A DNA stretch of 64,000 nucleotides from the human T2T-CHM13v2.0 reference genome, Homo sapiens. Within the stretch, counting starts at the first letter, position 1; each line of letters starts with the position of its first letter. Below are positions 36,755-49,410 of this stretch, piece by piece. Below the pieces are notes generated by a model that saw nothing but the letters and a program-made list of their open reading frames with translations, was not told the DNA's origin and did not search any database. The stretch lies in assembly GCF_009914755.1 (NCBI RefSeq), contig NC_060936.1. One strand, written 5' to 3'. The position numbers and the translations under genes are program-made.

Positions 36755-37935
36755 TTAAAAGGGTATGTAGGATTTGAACAGATATTTCTCCAAAGAAGAT
36801 ATACAAATGGCCAATGAGCAAATGAAAAGATTCTCAGCATCATTAGTCATTAGGAAAATGCAAATCAAAACCACAATGAGATACTGCTTTATAGCCACTA
36901 GCATGGCTATAATTAAAACAACAACAAAAACGGAAAATAACAAATTGTTGGTGAGAACGTGGAGAAATTGGAACCTTCATACATTGCCGGTGGGAATATA
37001 AAATGGCGCAGCTGCTGTGGAAAAGTTTGGCAGTTCCTCAAAAAAAGTTCTATGTAAAATTATGATATGACCCAGCAATTCCACACCCCTAGGTATATGT
37101 CCAAAGAAATTGAAAACAGGTATTCAAACAAATACTTGTACACAAATGCTCATAGCAGCAAAATTCACAGTAGCCAAAAGGTGGAAACAACCCAAATGTC
37201 CATTAACAGGTGCAGGGATAAACAAAATGTGGTATATACATACAGTGGAATCATACTCATACATTAAAAGGAATGAAGTACTACTACTACAACAAGCTAC
37301 AATGTGGGTGAAGCTCAGAGACATTACACTTAGTGAAAGCCAGATATAAAAGGTCACATGTTGTTTCTATTTATATGAAATATCCAAAACAGGTAAATTT
37401 ATAGAGATAGAAAGCAGACTGAGGGTTGCCATGGGCTAGGAGAGAAGGAAGATAGGGAGGAACTGCTTAATGACTACAGAGTTTTCTTTTAAAGTTGTGA
37501 AAATGGGCTGGGCACAGTGGCTCATGCCTGAAATCCCAGCACTCTGGGAGGCCGAGGCAGGCAGATCACTTGGGGTCGGGAGTTCAAGACCAGCCTGGCC
37601 AACATGGTGAAACCCCGTCTGTACTAAAAATACAAAAATTAGCTGGGTGTAGTGGCATGTGCCTATAATCCCAGCTACTCAGGAGGCTGAACCAGGAGAA
37701 TCGCTTGAACCCAGGAGACGGAGGTTAGCAGTGAGCCGAGGCTGCACCACTGCACTCCAAACTGGGTGACAGGGCGAGACTCCATCCCAAAACAAACAAA
37801 CAAATAAATGAACTTGCAAAAATGTTTTGGAATTATATAGAGGTGGTGGTTGCAATAACATTGTGAATGTACTATATGCCACTCAATTGTATACTTTGAA
37901 ATGGTTAATATGTGAATTTCATAATTAAAAGTTTT
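36755..37935 (+). mobile_element. L1MB-type 3' fragment with nested AluS (about 37506-37808)
   Basis: [40 protein letters not shown] matches the L1 ORF2 C-terminus. Confidence 0.88.
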
Positions 37936-38582
37936 TAAAAAATGCATAGTGAAACATCTCATCATTGTCTGCCCTCAGTGTAGTTCCCACTACACCCATA
38001 GGCAACCCATGTTCTTAGTATCTTAGGAGCCCTCCAGTATACTTATGCACATACACAGAAATGGATAGCTTGTTATCCCCTTCTTTCTCTTTTTATACAG
38101 AGGCAGCATATTTTGCAAATTATTCGGTGCCTTGTCTTTCTCAGCAATTTATCATGGAGATCTTTCTGTGGCCTTGACACTCTTGAACATTGCAGGCCAC
38201 TTTGTTCCTCAATGTGGTTTGTCTGATATTTCCTGATTACTAGATTCAGGTTATGTGGCTTTGGTAAGAATATCACAGAATGCATCTTTTCTTTGCATCT
38301 TATCATGTGGCACCTGATTTTGATTTTCCAGTTGCTAACGATAGTTGTTTGATCACTGGATTGTAATAAGATGGTGTCTACCAGTTACTATAGTGAAGAA
38401 GACTGAAAATAGCCAATGTTCGAAGGGATCCTGATTCCTTTAGTGGGAAGCAGTTTCTAGAAACTAAAACCTGAGCATTAAGTATGCTCATTATTATAGG
38501 TTGATTCCTTTGATTAGTGCCCTTGTAACAAATTTCCCTTCCTGCCATTGTCCCCTCCCCTGCATTTCTTCTTCATTCCATT

Positions 38583-38940
38583 CAGGTTCTGACACCGTGT
38601 GCCAGGTCATTCTGCATGGACATCCTCCTTGCTTCCTTTAGGCTCTGACACTCCACAGCAGGCCACCCTCTTCCCCGCAGTGTGGACACCCTCTTAACCC
38701 CACTCAGGCTCCAACACTCCCTGTCAGGCCACCCTCTGGGGATGCTTCATCCTACTTGGGCTCCAATGGCTGGTGCTGGGCTGCCCCTCGCCATGCGTGA
38801 TCACCATCCTCACCTCCTCAGGCACCAACTTCCCATGTTTGCCTGCCCTCCTATGTAGATACCTTCCTCCTCCTGCTCAGGCTCTGACACCCCACACTGG
38901 CTGCTCTCTTATGTGGATGTTCTCCTCACTCCATTCAGAC
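38583..38940 (-). repeat. Degenerate tandem array of about 60-bp units (7 units), probably an L1MC/ME 3'UTR array
   Basis: Recurring caggctctgacac...ggccaccctc...tggacaccctc, adjacent to antisense L1M-like sequence (about 37950-38520). Confidence 0.6.
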
Positions 38941-39299
38941 CACTGTGACTACCCCTATACCCCAGCACAGGTGCATACTTTGCTTACTCCATCTAATGGT
39001 TTTAAAACCACATCTTCAGGAAGGATAGAGGAACAACCTTGTACTAACTCCTAACATCCACTACCACACTGGGAGAAAGAAACAATTATCCCTATGTCAT
39101 GGGAAAATAAGCTTAGTGAGGGCGGGTAACTTACACAAGTTCCCACTAGTAAGTGTTGGGGGCAGGATTCAAACTCAGATTCGAACCTGGCCTCTAGAAC
39201 CAGCATTATCAACCATTATGTTGTCAATCATATAAAACAATCATATAATGTGCTATTAAATATACTGTTTTTATTATCTTCTGCTGCCGTATATACTGC

Positions 39300-39621
<322 letters not shown>

Positions 39622-40003
39622 TAATATAACTCAATATATATGAACAAATTGTATGCATCCACTCATTTTCTGTCTCATCTGTTTCCCAGGTCCTTGATTG
39701 CTAGCTCCCTCCAGCTCCCTCTGCACTTAATGGCTAATAAATGTGGTTTTGGGTCTAGACTAATCTCTTATATCTTGAGTTATTAGGCAAACTAATTTTC
39801 TGGTCCATAAAGGGATTGGTCTCCCCATAAATATATAAGGTGCTACTTTTACATTGGTTTTACATTACTTAAACCAAGCTTTTGGGGATAATTAGATTTT
39901 GATTGAATATAAATGTAGGAGAACAAATATTTATCGAACTGACCAGATATTGTACTGCGTTGCATATATTATCTCATTTAATGTTCTTCATTTAATGTTA
40001 ACC

Positions 40004-40380
40004 CTGTGAGAGTCAGGAGAGAACCCCAACTTCAGGTAGCAAGGAGTAAACCTGCTGTCTCTCCACAGGTGCTGAAAGGAGACAATGAGACTATGTGGAT
40101 CAGAACAAGACAGTTTACTACACACAGCAAACAGAAGCATTGTCTTAGCCATGTCAGCCTCCCTTGCCCCCCAGGTCCCAAGAGGTGAAGTGATAGACCC
40201 AGACAGATAGATGTGCACAGTGGATTCCAGCACAGCTGAAGAATCAAAGCCAACAGCCCAGAACTTTTTGAGCAAGCAGCAGTTTAGCAAACAGCAAACA
40301 AGTAGTCCAATATTAGTTATTAGCATTAGTTATTGTAGGTCACATTGACCTACTCACGTGCCTACGTACCTCGCTACAGA
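40004..40380 (-). mobile_element. Probable LTR fragment (MER21/MER77-like)
   Basis: tgtgagagtcaggagagaacccc start and LTR-like composition; family uncertain. Confidence 0.45.
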
Positions 40381-40455
40381 AACTATTCAGTATCAGGAGG
40401 TGGATAAACACCACAAATATTGTATCCTAATAGCAGCCTTATAAGATGGGTATTG

Positions 40456-40585
40456 AACTGGGCATGGTGGTGTACACCCATAATCCCAGCCACTTGGGAG
40501 ACTGAGACAGGAGGATTGCTTGAGCCCAGGAGTTTGAGACCAGCCTGGGCAACATAGTTACAGCCCACCTCACTAAAAAAAAATT
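40456..40585 (+). mobile_element. FLAM / Alu monomer
   Basis: Single arm with A tail inside MIR-like sequence. Confidence 0.8.
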
Positions 40586-40718
40586 TTTTTAAGATAGGTA
40601 CTATCATGATCATCCTCTTTATTGATGAGGAGATTGAAGCAGAGATAAGCTGCACATGGCAGAGTCAGGATTTGAACTCAGACAGTATTGGCTCCTACCC
40701 ACAATACCAGGTTTCCTT

Positions 40719-41348
40719 TGTTGGGGCTCAGAAAATGATACCCCGAAGCATACTGCTACTTTGCACTAAAGCAGCAGCCTCAGAACCAAGGTCTGACCTT
40801 CTCTCTGACCTTCTCCCACCCCCCATCTCTTGCCCCTCCTCCTCTCCTGAAGCACAGGAAGAGACTTTTCTCTGAAGTTTCCTTATCTACCTAAAGATCC
40901 AATCCACTGAAGAGGAAAACAATTGTCTTCAATCTTCTTACTGAAATTTCATTAACCAAGGAAAATTAAACTCATATCACAGAGGAAAAGACTGAAAATC
41001 AAACACCATACCCACAGCCCAGATGAACTTTGTCCCAGACTATTGTCTGTTCCATGGACCCATTCATCTCTTGTAAAAATCACTTATTACTCTTCTAAAA
41101 TTGCCTACATCCTGCATTCCCCTCTCCCCTATGAATAAGGGTATATAAACTTCTAGACCTTATTGGGTCTAGCACTACTAGACTTGGGCATTCGCCTTCC
41201 TGTGATGCTCCCATGCGCATAAATCAATTACGCTGTGCTTTTTCTCCTTGTTTTGGATAGATAGACCAATTGGTCTATTGTCTATTTATTTCTCAGACTC
41301 AAATATCAAACCTCAAGAGGTGAGAGAGGAGGTTCTTATGCTCCTACA
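40719..41348 (+). mobile_element. ERV1 solo LTR (MER34/MER39-like)
   Basis: TGTTGGGGCTCAGAAAA...CCTACA, 4-bp TSD CCTT, TATA-like gtatataaa near 41141. Confidence 0.8.
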
Positions 41349-42610
41349 CCTTTGAGGTATGATTGTCTCTCTATAATGGTACAATGGGCTTTGAACCACC
41401 AAAAAGATTTGAATTCTAATCTAGGTTCAGTGTTTGTATGATCCAAAGAAGCTTATATATTTTTTAATCTTAACTTCTTCGGTAGACAGAATACCATATC
41501 TCTCAGGTTTGACAAAAAATATATAAAAAGCTTCCACCTGACAGCATTCAAATCTTGGATTTTTCCTCCTTTAAACCTATTCCGATCATACCTGTAGCTG
41601 ATTCTGGCCATAATCAGAAAAAAATAAGATGTTGGAATTATGAGAATAAACAAAATAAAAAGAAGAGCTCATCAATTTCAAAAGTAACTTCCTAAATGCT
41701 ATCCCTCTTCATTGACTGCATTAATATTTGTATTTCTATATATTTGTTTATTTGTACTCTACTTAACCACATTTTTGGGAGCGGCAGCATCGTATAAAGG
41801 AAAAATCTTAGGCTTTGGAGCCATTTTACCTTCCACATGGCTTTTGACAAAAATACATAATCTCTCTGAAGCTGTCTCCTCATCTCTAAAATGGGGATGA
41901 TAATAATATCTACCTTGAAGTACTGTGAGGATTTAAATTAGACAAATTACATAATAAAATATCCTAGCATAACATGAAAGGCATTCAATATGTATTGGTC
42001 CCCTTCTTCTCAAAGAGGTTTTAAAATTCCACAAGGGCAGACATCATACATTCATTTTACTCACCTCAGTAAATATTTCTAAATCATTTCATAAATTCCT
42101 TTTTAGATGGTTGTATACCACTGGAATTTTTGGGTTATAGGATAAATAATGGTAGAACTCACCAAACTGTTCATCCTAATTAACAATTAGGGGTCGTTTT
42201 CTTCATATGTGCTCAAAATGTATTCTATCTCATCTTCGAAAAAATACAAAGTCTGTTATTTCCCCTATATTTGAAGCAATTATTCTGATGAATATTCTGT
42301 GGAGCCATATGCCAACATGGCAATATATATATTTGCCTTTAAAATAGTAATGCCTTTTAACCTAGGAATTATATTTGTAAGAATTTATGGTAAAGAATCA
42401 AAAATACACTTGAAGATTCATGTAAAAGTATGTTCAGTGCAGACTGTTTATAACAGGAGAAAAAATGAAAATAATAGAATAATACATTATCACAGATGCA
42501 AAATACAAAGTATAATGAAGACATTAAGCCACATTTTAGAAGAGTATATTCAGTCATATGAGAATTTGCTCAATATAAAGTGAAGAAAACAAGTTACAAA
42601 ACTGTGTGTA

Positions 42611-42950
42611 GGCTGGGTGTGGTGGCTCACACCTGTAATCCTAGCACTTTGGTAGGCTGAGGTGGGCAGACTGCCTGAGCTCAGCAGTTCAAGATCAGCC
42701 TGGGCAAAGTGGTAAGACCCCATCCCTACTAAAAATTAAAAAAAAATTAGCAAAAGATTAGCTGGACTTGATGCTGCATGCCTGTAAGCCCAGCTACTCA
42801 GGAGGCTGAGACATGAGAATTGCTTGAATCTGGGAAGCGGAGGGTGCAGTGAGCTGAGATCGCACCACTTAACTCCAGCCTGGGTGACGGAGTGACACTC
42901 TGTCTCCAAAACAACAACAAAAAAGAAAAAACAAACAACAGCAACAAAAA
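42611..42950 (+). mobile_element. Alu (S/J)
   Basis: TSD caaaactgt / aaaaactgt. Confidence 0.9.
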
Positions 42951-43162
42951 ACTGTAGATATCTTGTAAAAAAAAAAGTGCATATGTTACAGTAAAAGTTA
43001 ATCGTTGTTCTCTTTGATTGGTGGGATTACTAGTGATTTTAGGTTTATTGTTTAGAACTTTCTACATTTTCCAAAATTTTGTATAATATTTATAATTAGA
43101 CAAATATCAGTGACTTATGCCCACTTAATTTTAATAAGGTATTTAAGATTAAAATTTAATAT

Positions 43163-43460
43163 GGACCAGGAATGGTGGTTCACGCCTGTAATCCCAGCAC
43201 TTTGGGAGGCCAAGGTGGGTACACGGCTGGAGCCCAAGAGTTTGAGACCAGCCTGGACAACACAGCGAGACCCTATCTCTACAAAAAAAATTAAAAAATT
43301 AGCTGGGTGTGGTGGCACATGCCTGTGGTCCCAGCTACTCGGGAGGCTGAAGTGGGAGGATCTCTTGAGCCCAAGAGGTCAAGGCTGCAGTAAGCCAAGA
43401 TCTCACCTCTACAATCCAGCCTGGGTGACAGAATGAGACCCTGTCTCAAATTAAAAAAAA
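43163..43460 (+). mobile_element. AluJ-type
   Basis: TSD aaaatttaatatg / aaaatttaacatg. Confidence 0.9.
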
Positions 43461-43659
43461 AATTTAACATGAAAAGAAAAACCAACCTTAAATACACTAT
43501 CTTTACAGAATGTGTTTACTGTAGTATTTCGTTTCACTTCACTGAGAAAACAGCTAAAGAGTCAGGCTTCTAAAACACATATTGAGTCTTTGAAAGGTAG
43601 CTTCATGAAGTAGAAAAAGCAGAGTTTTGAAACCCAGGTATGTGGTCCTGAGCAAGCTA

Positions 43660-44035
43660 TGAGGCAGAAGAATAGCGGCTGGAAGCAGGGAACCTAGGGC
43701 CCATCCATGCTGACTGGGTATCAGAGGCTACTCCCATTTCAACCCCTCCTTTTTCTGCGTGGCAGTTGAAAAATGAAAGTACCTCTTATTGGTCCCCTCC
43801 CGCAACCAATCAGACTGGTTGTGGGCCAATGGGCAACCTCTAGAGGGTATTTAAAGCCCAGAAAATTCTATAACCAATGCTCTTGAGCCGCTTGCACCAG
43901 GCGGTGCCCACCCTGTAGAGTGTACTTTCATTTAAAATAAATCTCTGCTTTCGCTGCCCTGCTTTGTTTGTGCGTTTTGTCCAATTCTTTGTTGAAAACG
44001 CCAAGAACTCGGACAGCTACCCTCAACTGGTAACA
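43660..44035 (+). mobile_element. MER51-type ERV1 solo LTR
   Basis: TGAGGCAGAAGAATAG...GGTAACA, TSD gcta/gtta within a MIR; several CCAAT boxes; AATAAA near 43936. Confidence 0.8.
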
Positions 44036-44299
44036 GTTACCTGCTGGGCCTACTTCCTCATCTCTTAAACGGGGCTGTCACCCCGAATCAGACAGTAAGG
44101 TAAGATTTCCACGATTGTTGAAAAAGCCTGACACATAGTAGGAACTCAAAGTCTATACAAAGACTTAAAGTTCATAAAACAATAGACAAACGGAGAAATC
44201 CACTGAAGTTTAGGGTGAATAAATCTAATAACTGTTTGGTAAAAACTACACTGACAATCATTGTCTGGTCAGTGTTCAACATTTACGTGAAACACTGAG

Positions 44300-45800
44300 C
44301 TTTTACAAGGCCAAGCCCCGTTTTACGTTAAATTCTCGCAACCACCCTGAGGATGGTTCCGTTTTTAAAGCCGCGTTCCTGCCGAGGAAACAATGGCCCT
44401 CGGGGTTAAGACACTGCCCAACACCGGCCGCGCCTGATAGACGCAGGTTCCGAATGCAGGCCCCCTCCAAAGTCTTGCCCACTGCTCCACAATGCCTCAA
44501 CACCCAACATTTCATCCTCAACTCCAAATCCATCTCTTCAGGGCCGCAAAAAAGCGTTACTTCCCAAAGGGCGTGTTCTCCAAGAACTGCATTTAGCATT
44601 TCAGATCAGAGTGACCCGAACTCAATAGGATTACGACAAAAACTAGTGAGATTCAGATAACACCGTTACATCGAAAGTTTTAATCCGTGACAGAGGAAAT
44701 ATTGCTTACGCCCTTAGGTAATTTCAAATGCACGTATGAAGGCCGTGCGGGTTTCTGCAGGCGAAGCAAAAGAAAGGTGGGGCCGGCAGGGTCGTGGGGC
44801 GGGGGTGGGGCATGACACCGTATCCCAGACGCAACTCGACCTCGTTTGCAAGAAATTCTGTATCCAACTCTCTTCAGTGCGTTTCGCCGCCCCTAGTCTA
44901 GTCTGGCTAGCCCCCAATTCCTTTAAAAGGGGTTAAAACGGGTGTTGCAGAAGAGAGAACACTCAGGTAGAAAGGGCCTGCGGCAGAGGCGCCCCCAAAT
45001 CATGGAACCTGTTGGAAGAGTGAGGAAGGAACTCTGGGACCCCGAACATTCTCACGGGTGTAAAAAGACAAAGTAAATCCCCATTAGCCAAGTTGGGGAG
45101 AAGTCACATCCGTTACACAGCCTCTCCCAGACCGCCCTCTAGGAAGGACACCACATTTAAAAACACCGGCCTGCCTCCAGTCCTTGGCTGCCTCACAGCG
45201 ATGCTCAGAGCCGGTTTCCCAAGGTCCGCGCGCCGCCTGCAAGGCGCAAACCCAAGCCGCTGCTGGTTGCTAGGAGATACTGGGCCAGCCATCTCCTCCA
45301 ATCAGCACGCACCTCTTTGCGTCCAATCACAGAGGCAGGAAGGGCCGTGGTGGGAGGTGAAAGGTCATAGTCCTGTTTGGCGGCCATTTCTCTTGAAACT
45401 GCGGCTCGGGACCTGCGGTACCTGCTGTAGTCACGAGGGACGGGCGGCGGCCTGGTCGGCAGAGAGTAGCCTGCAACATTCGGCCGTGGTTACGATGGTA
45501 AGGAGAAAGAGAACGGCGGGAGAAGCGGGGAGAAAGAGAAGGAGGGAGACCAGCCTCGCGGGGCCTGCTGGTTCCTTCGCGCGTTTCCCATTCATCCGCG
45601 TGAGGCGCCGCGCACCCTGTCGCCAGCTCCTTTCACTCTGCTTTTAGGGTTTCTGAGGCGCGTGCTCCTCCCGATGCCTTTCTTTTCCTAGGAGTGCCCG
45701 TGCCTTCTTCTCTTTGTTTGAATCCGGGCCTGGGGTATTCTTAGTTGGGGCTATAGGGTCGGGGTAAAAGTCAAAGAGAATTTGCACTTCCCACTTAACC
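44300..45800. promoter_or_regulatory. SNRPF: CpG-island promoter of SNRPF, probably bidirectional
   Basis: Abrupt rise in GC and CpG content; twin CCAAT boxes at 45298-45302 and 45323-45327, ETS-like CAGGAAG at 45336, YY1-type GGCGGCCATTT at 45379-45389; no TATA box. The island extends about 1 kb upstream, which suggests divergent transcription (inference). Confidence 0.85.
45495..45497 (+). CDS. SNRPF: SNRPF exon 1 coding part (start ATG only)
   Basis: ...gtggttacgATG|gtaagg: strong donor immediately after the ATG, inside the CpG island. Confidence 0.95.
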
Positions 45801-46968
45801 ACACTCCAGAATTCACTTTCATTCCGTGAAAGTAATGATACGGCCATGCTCTAGATTAACTCACTTGGGTGGGGAAGACAGACATTAGTCAAAAAATAAC
45901 AAGTATGTAATTGCAAATAATAAGTGCTAAGAACAATGCAGACAGGAGGCTGTGAGGGTGCGCGTTAGACATTAGAGGCTTAGTCAGAGATGGCCTCCCT
46001 AGGAGGTGGAATTTAACTTGAAGCCTAAGTGTCATGAAATACGACCCTTTAAAGAGCAGGAGGAGGAGTGTACCGAGCACAGGGAATAGGAGCATAAGAC
46101 CTGCGGCCGGAAAGAAAGCTTGGTCATTTGGAGAAATTGACAGAAAGGTATAGCCACTTGCGCGAATAGTGGTTAAGAGATGGTATCGGAGGAGCAGGCG
46201 TTGGGCAGGACCTCTTAGGCTGTATTGGGAGGTTTTGATTGTACTCCAAATCAATTTAAAATGATTCGGTTGGAAGCCATTGGATCATTTTAAGCAGAAA
46301 TATGACAATCTGATGTGCACTTTAAAAAATCATAGTTACTGTGGTGGATAACAAATTGGAGAATGAAAACTGGAGACCCATTAGGTTATTGGAGTAATCG
46401 CCATATCAAGATCACTCCGAATATGCTCATGTTAGAGGGGGTTAGTAGCCAAGTTTCTTAGTTCTCTTCTTTGTTTGACTGGTGAGTGAGCAGAAGAGGG
46501 CAAAAACCGAAATCACTGGAGATGTTAATGGTTTGCTGAATAAATAGACATTAAGTAATTGCTGTAAGTAAGAGGCGGTGCTACTGACAAAGTCAGATAG
46601 GACCTAGCCCTAGCTTCCCCAGTTAAATACTGTCAAGCGTGATCTGCCCTCTGCTTCCTTCTGTAGTTTTATATTTGGGGCTTTGACTGACAATGCTGAA
46701 TTGTATGTCCCCAAAATCACCTTGTTGCATCACTCTTCCCTCCTTTTACATAAGTAGCTAGCCTTGCCTGGAACAGCATTTTTTCCCGCTCTGGAAATAA
46801 ACTCTTATCCTTTAAAACTGAGGTATTACTTATTTCAGGCAACCTTTCCTTTTTCCCCTGGATTGCTTTGGTACCCTTGTGCCTAGTATATCTCCTTTTA
46901 CTACAGTGCAGCATGCAATATAATTATTTGTATGTGAGGAGTTCCCCTCCCCATCTCCAACTTCTTGA

Positions 46969-47271
<303 letters not shown>

Positions 47272-47564
47272 CGCTTTTTTTTTTTTTTTTTTTTTTAGTG
47301 CCTTTATCTTTGTTTCTTTAGAGCTCAGAACAGTGAGTGATGTAGGTAGTCAGTGTATCTTAAGTGAATAGTCAGTGTTTTGTTTTGATGGGTTAAAGGT
47401 GAAATTGGCTAACTGGATATTTAAATTTCCCTGGTACTCTCAACAAATAAAAGTGAAAATTATGTACTAAAATAATAAGGAGTCAAAAGTTTTCTTCATT
47501 TGCATACCACAAAATATTGGTGATTTGGTAGAAGAGAGTTGGTGGTGGGAGGAAAAATAATTAA

Positions 47565-47723
<159 letters not shown>

Positions 47724-48224
47724 TAAAGAGCTGTAAAGGTCATAACATTGCATTTATTTTGCTTCACCTTATTTCTCAAAGGTTTAGTCTGACTAATAAG
47801 AATACATACAATTAAATTGACAAATATACGGCAAAATTCAAAAATAAAGTCAAAGCCAGGAGGGATACTGTGATATACTAGGTACAAGACATGGACTTAA
47901 ACCAGAATTCAGCTACAGATTTTATTCCTAGTAGTTAAAGTAGGAAGAGCTCAGACACTTGATTCATAATAATACCATAAGGGAAACACACTACTTTGCT
48001 GGAGAAAACAAAACATTTCTCATCATTTAGCCCTGAAAGAAAGTTTTCAAGTGAAATTATTGAGTCTTTTAATGAATGCTAAAGGCACAACACCAAAGCT
48101 ATTGAGGAAATTCATTCCTTCAGGGGAAAGACAGATCTGCCAAAGGAATTGAACTGACTGTATGTCAAACGAGTTTCTGTAAATGATTCAGCCATGTGTT
48201 TTGGTGGGTTTTTTTGTAATTAAT

Positions 48225-49410
48225 TTTCTTTTTATTGTGGTAAAATATACATTACAATTTTGCCACTCTAACCATTTTTAAGTGTATAATTCAGTGGCAT
48301 TAAGTACCTTCACATTGTTCTGCAGCCATCACCGTTGTCCATTTCCGGAACTTGTTTACCATCCAAAAGTGAAATTTTTTGCCCATTAAACAATAATTTT
48401 CCATTAAACAATAATTTTACAATTAAACATTAAACAATAATTTTCCATTCCTTCCTCCACCTAACTAACCCCTGGTAACCACTAGTCTACATGTCTATGA
48501 ATTTGACCGTGCATAATACCTCATGTAAGTGGAATTGTGTATTATCCTTTTGTGTCTGGCTTGTTTGACTTAACGTAGTGTATTATTCAAGGTTCATCCA
48601 TGTTGTAGCATGTGTCAGAATTTCCTTTTTATGACTGAATAATATTCCATTATATGGATATACCACATTCTAATCCATTTGCCTCTTGGTGGACACTGGG
48701 TTGCTTCCCTCTTTGGACTGTAGTAAATAATGCTGCTGTGAACATGGGTATACGAATGTCTGTTCCAGTCACTGCTTTCAGCTCTTTGGGGTATATACCC
48801 AGAAGTGGAATTACTGGATTACTGGTAATTCTATGTTTAATTTTTTAAGGAGGCCAAGCGTGGTGGCTCATGCCTGTAATCCCAGCACTTTGGGAGGCTG
48901 AGACAGCAGATTGCTTGAGCCCAGGAGTTTGAGACCAGCCTGGGCAACATAGTGAAACTGCATCTCTACAAAAAAAATACAAAAATTAGCTAGGCATGAT
49001 GGTGTGGGCAGCTATATTCCCAGCTACTCAGGAAGCTGAGTTGGGAGGATTACCTGAGCCTGGGGAGGTTGAAGCTGCAGTGAGCTGTGATCACTGCACT
49101 CTAGCCTGGATGACAGAGAAATTTTTTTTTTTCTTTTGAGTAACTGTCACACTATTTTCCACAGCAGCTACGTGGTTTTACATACCCACCAGCAATGCAC
49201 AACGGTTCCAGTTTCTCCACATCCTCACCAACACTTGTTATTTTCTATGGGTGTTTATAAAATAGTTATTCTAATGGGTGTGAAGTGGTATCTTATTGTG
49301 GTTTTGATTTGCATTTGGCTAATGATGTTGAGCACCTTTTCATGTGTTTATTGGCCATTTGTTTATCTTTGGAGAAATGCCTGTTCATGTCTTTTGCACA
49401 TTTAAAAAAT
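48225..49410 (-). mobile_element. L1MB-type fragment in SNRPF intron 2 with nested Alu (about 48851-49120, +)
   Basis: Antisense L1 3' motifs (ggttcatccatgttgtagcatgtgtcaga, ccacatcctcaccaacacttg). Confidence 0.85.

Noticed and set aside
38583-38940. Repeat-spacer pattern superficially like a CRISPR array
   Set aside because: Units are degenerate along their whole length, the DNA is primate, there are no cas genes, and it fits an old L1 tandem array.
45093-45647. 184-aa ORF over the SNRPF promoter as an independent gene
   Set aside because: It starts at TTG upstream of the likely TSS and runs into intron 1 of a stop-poor CpG island; only the ATG is established coding sequence.
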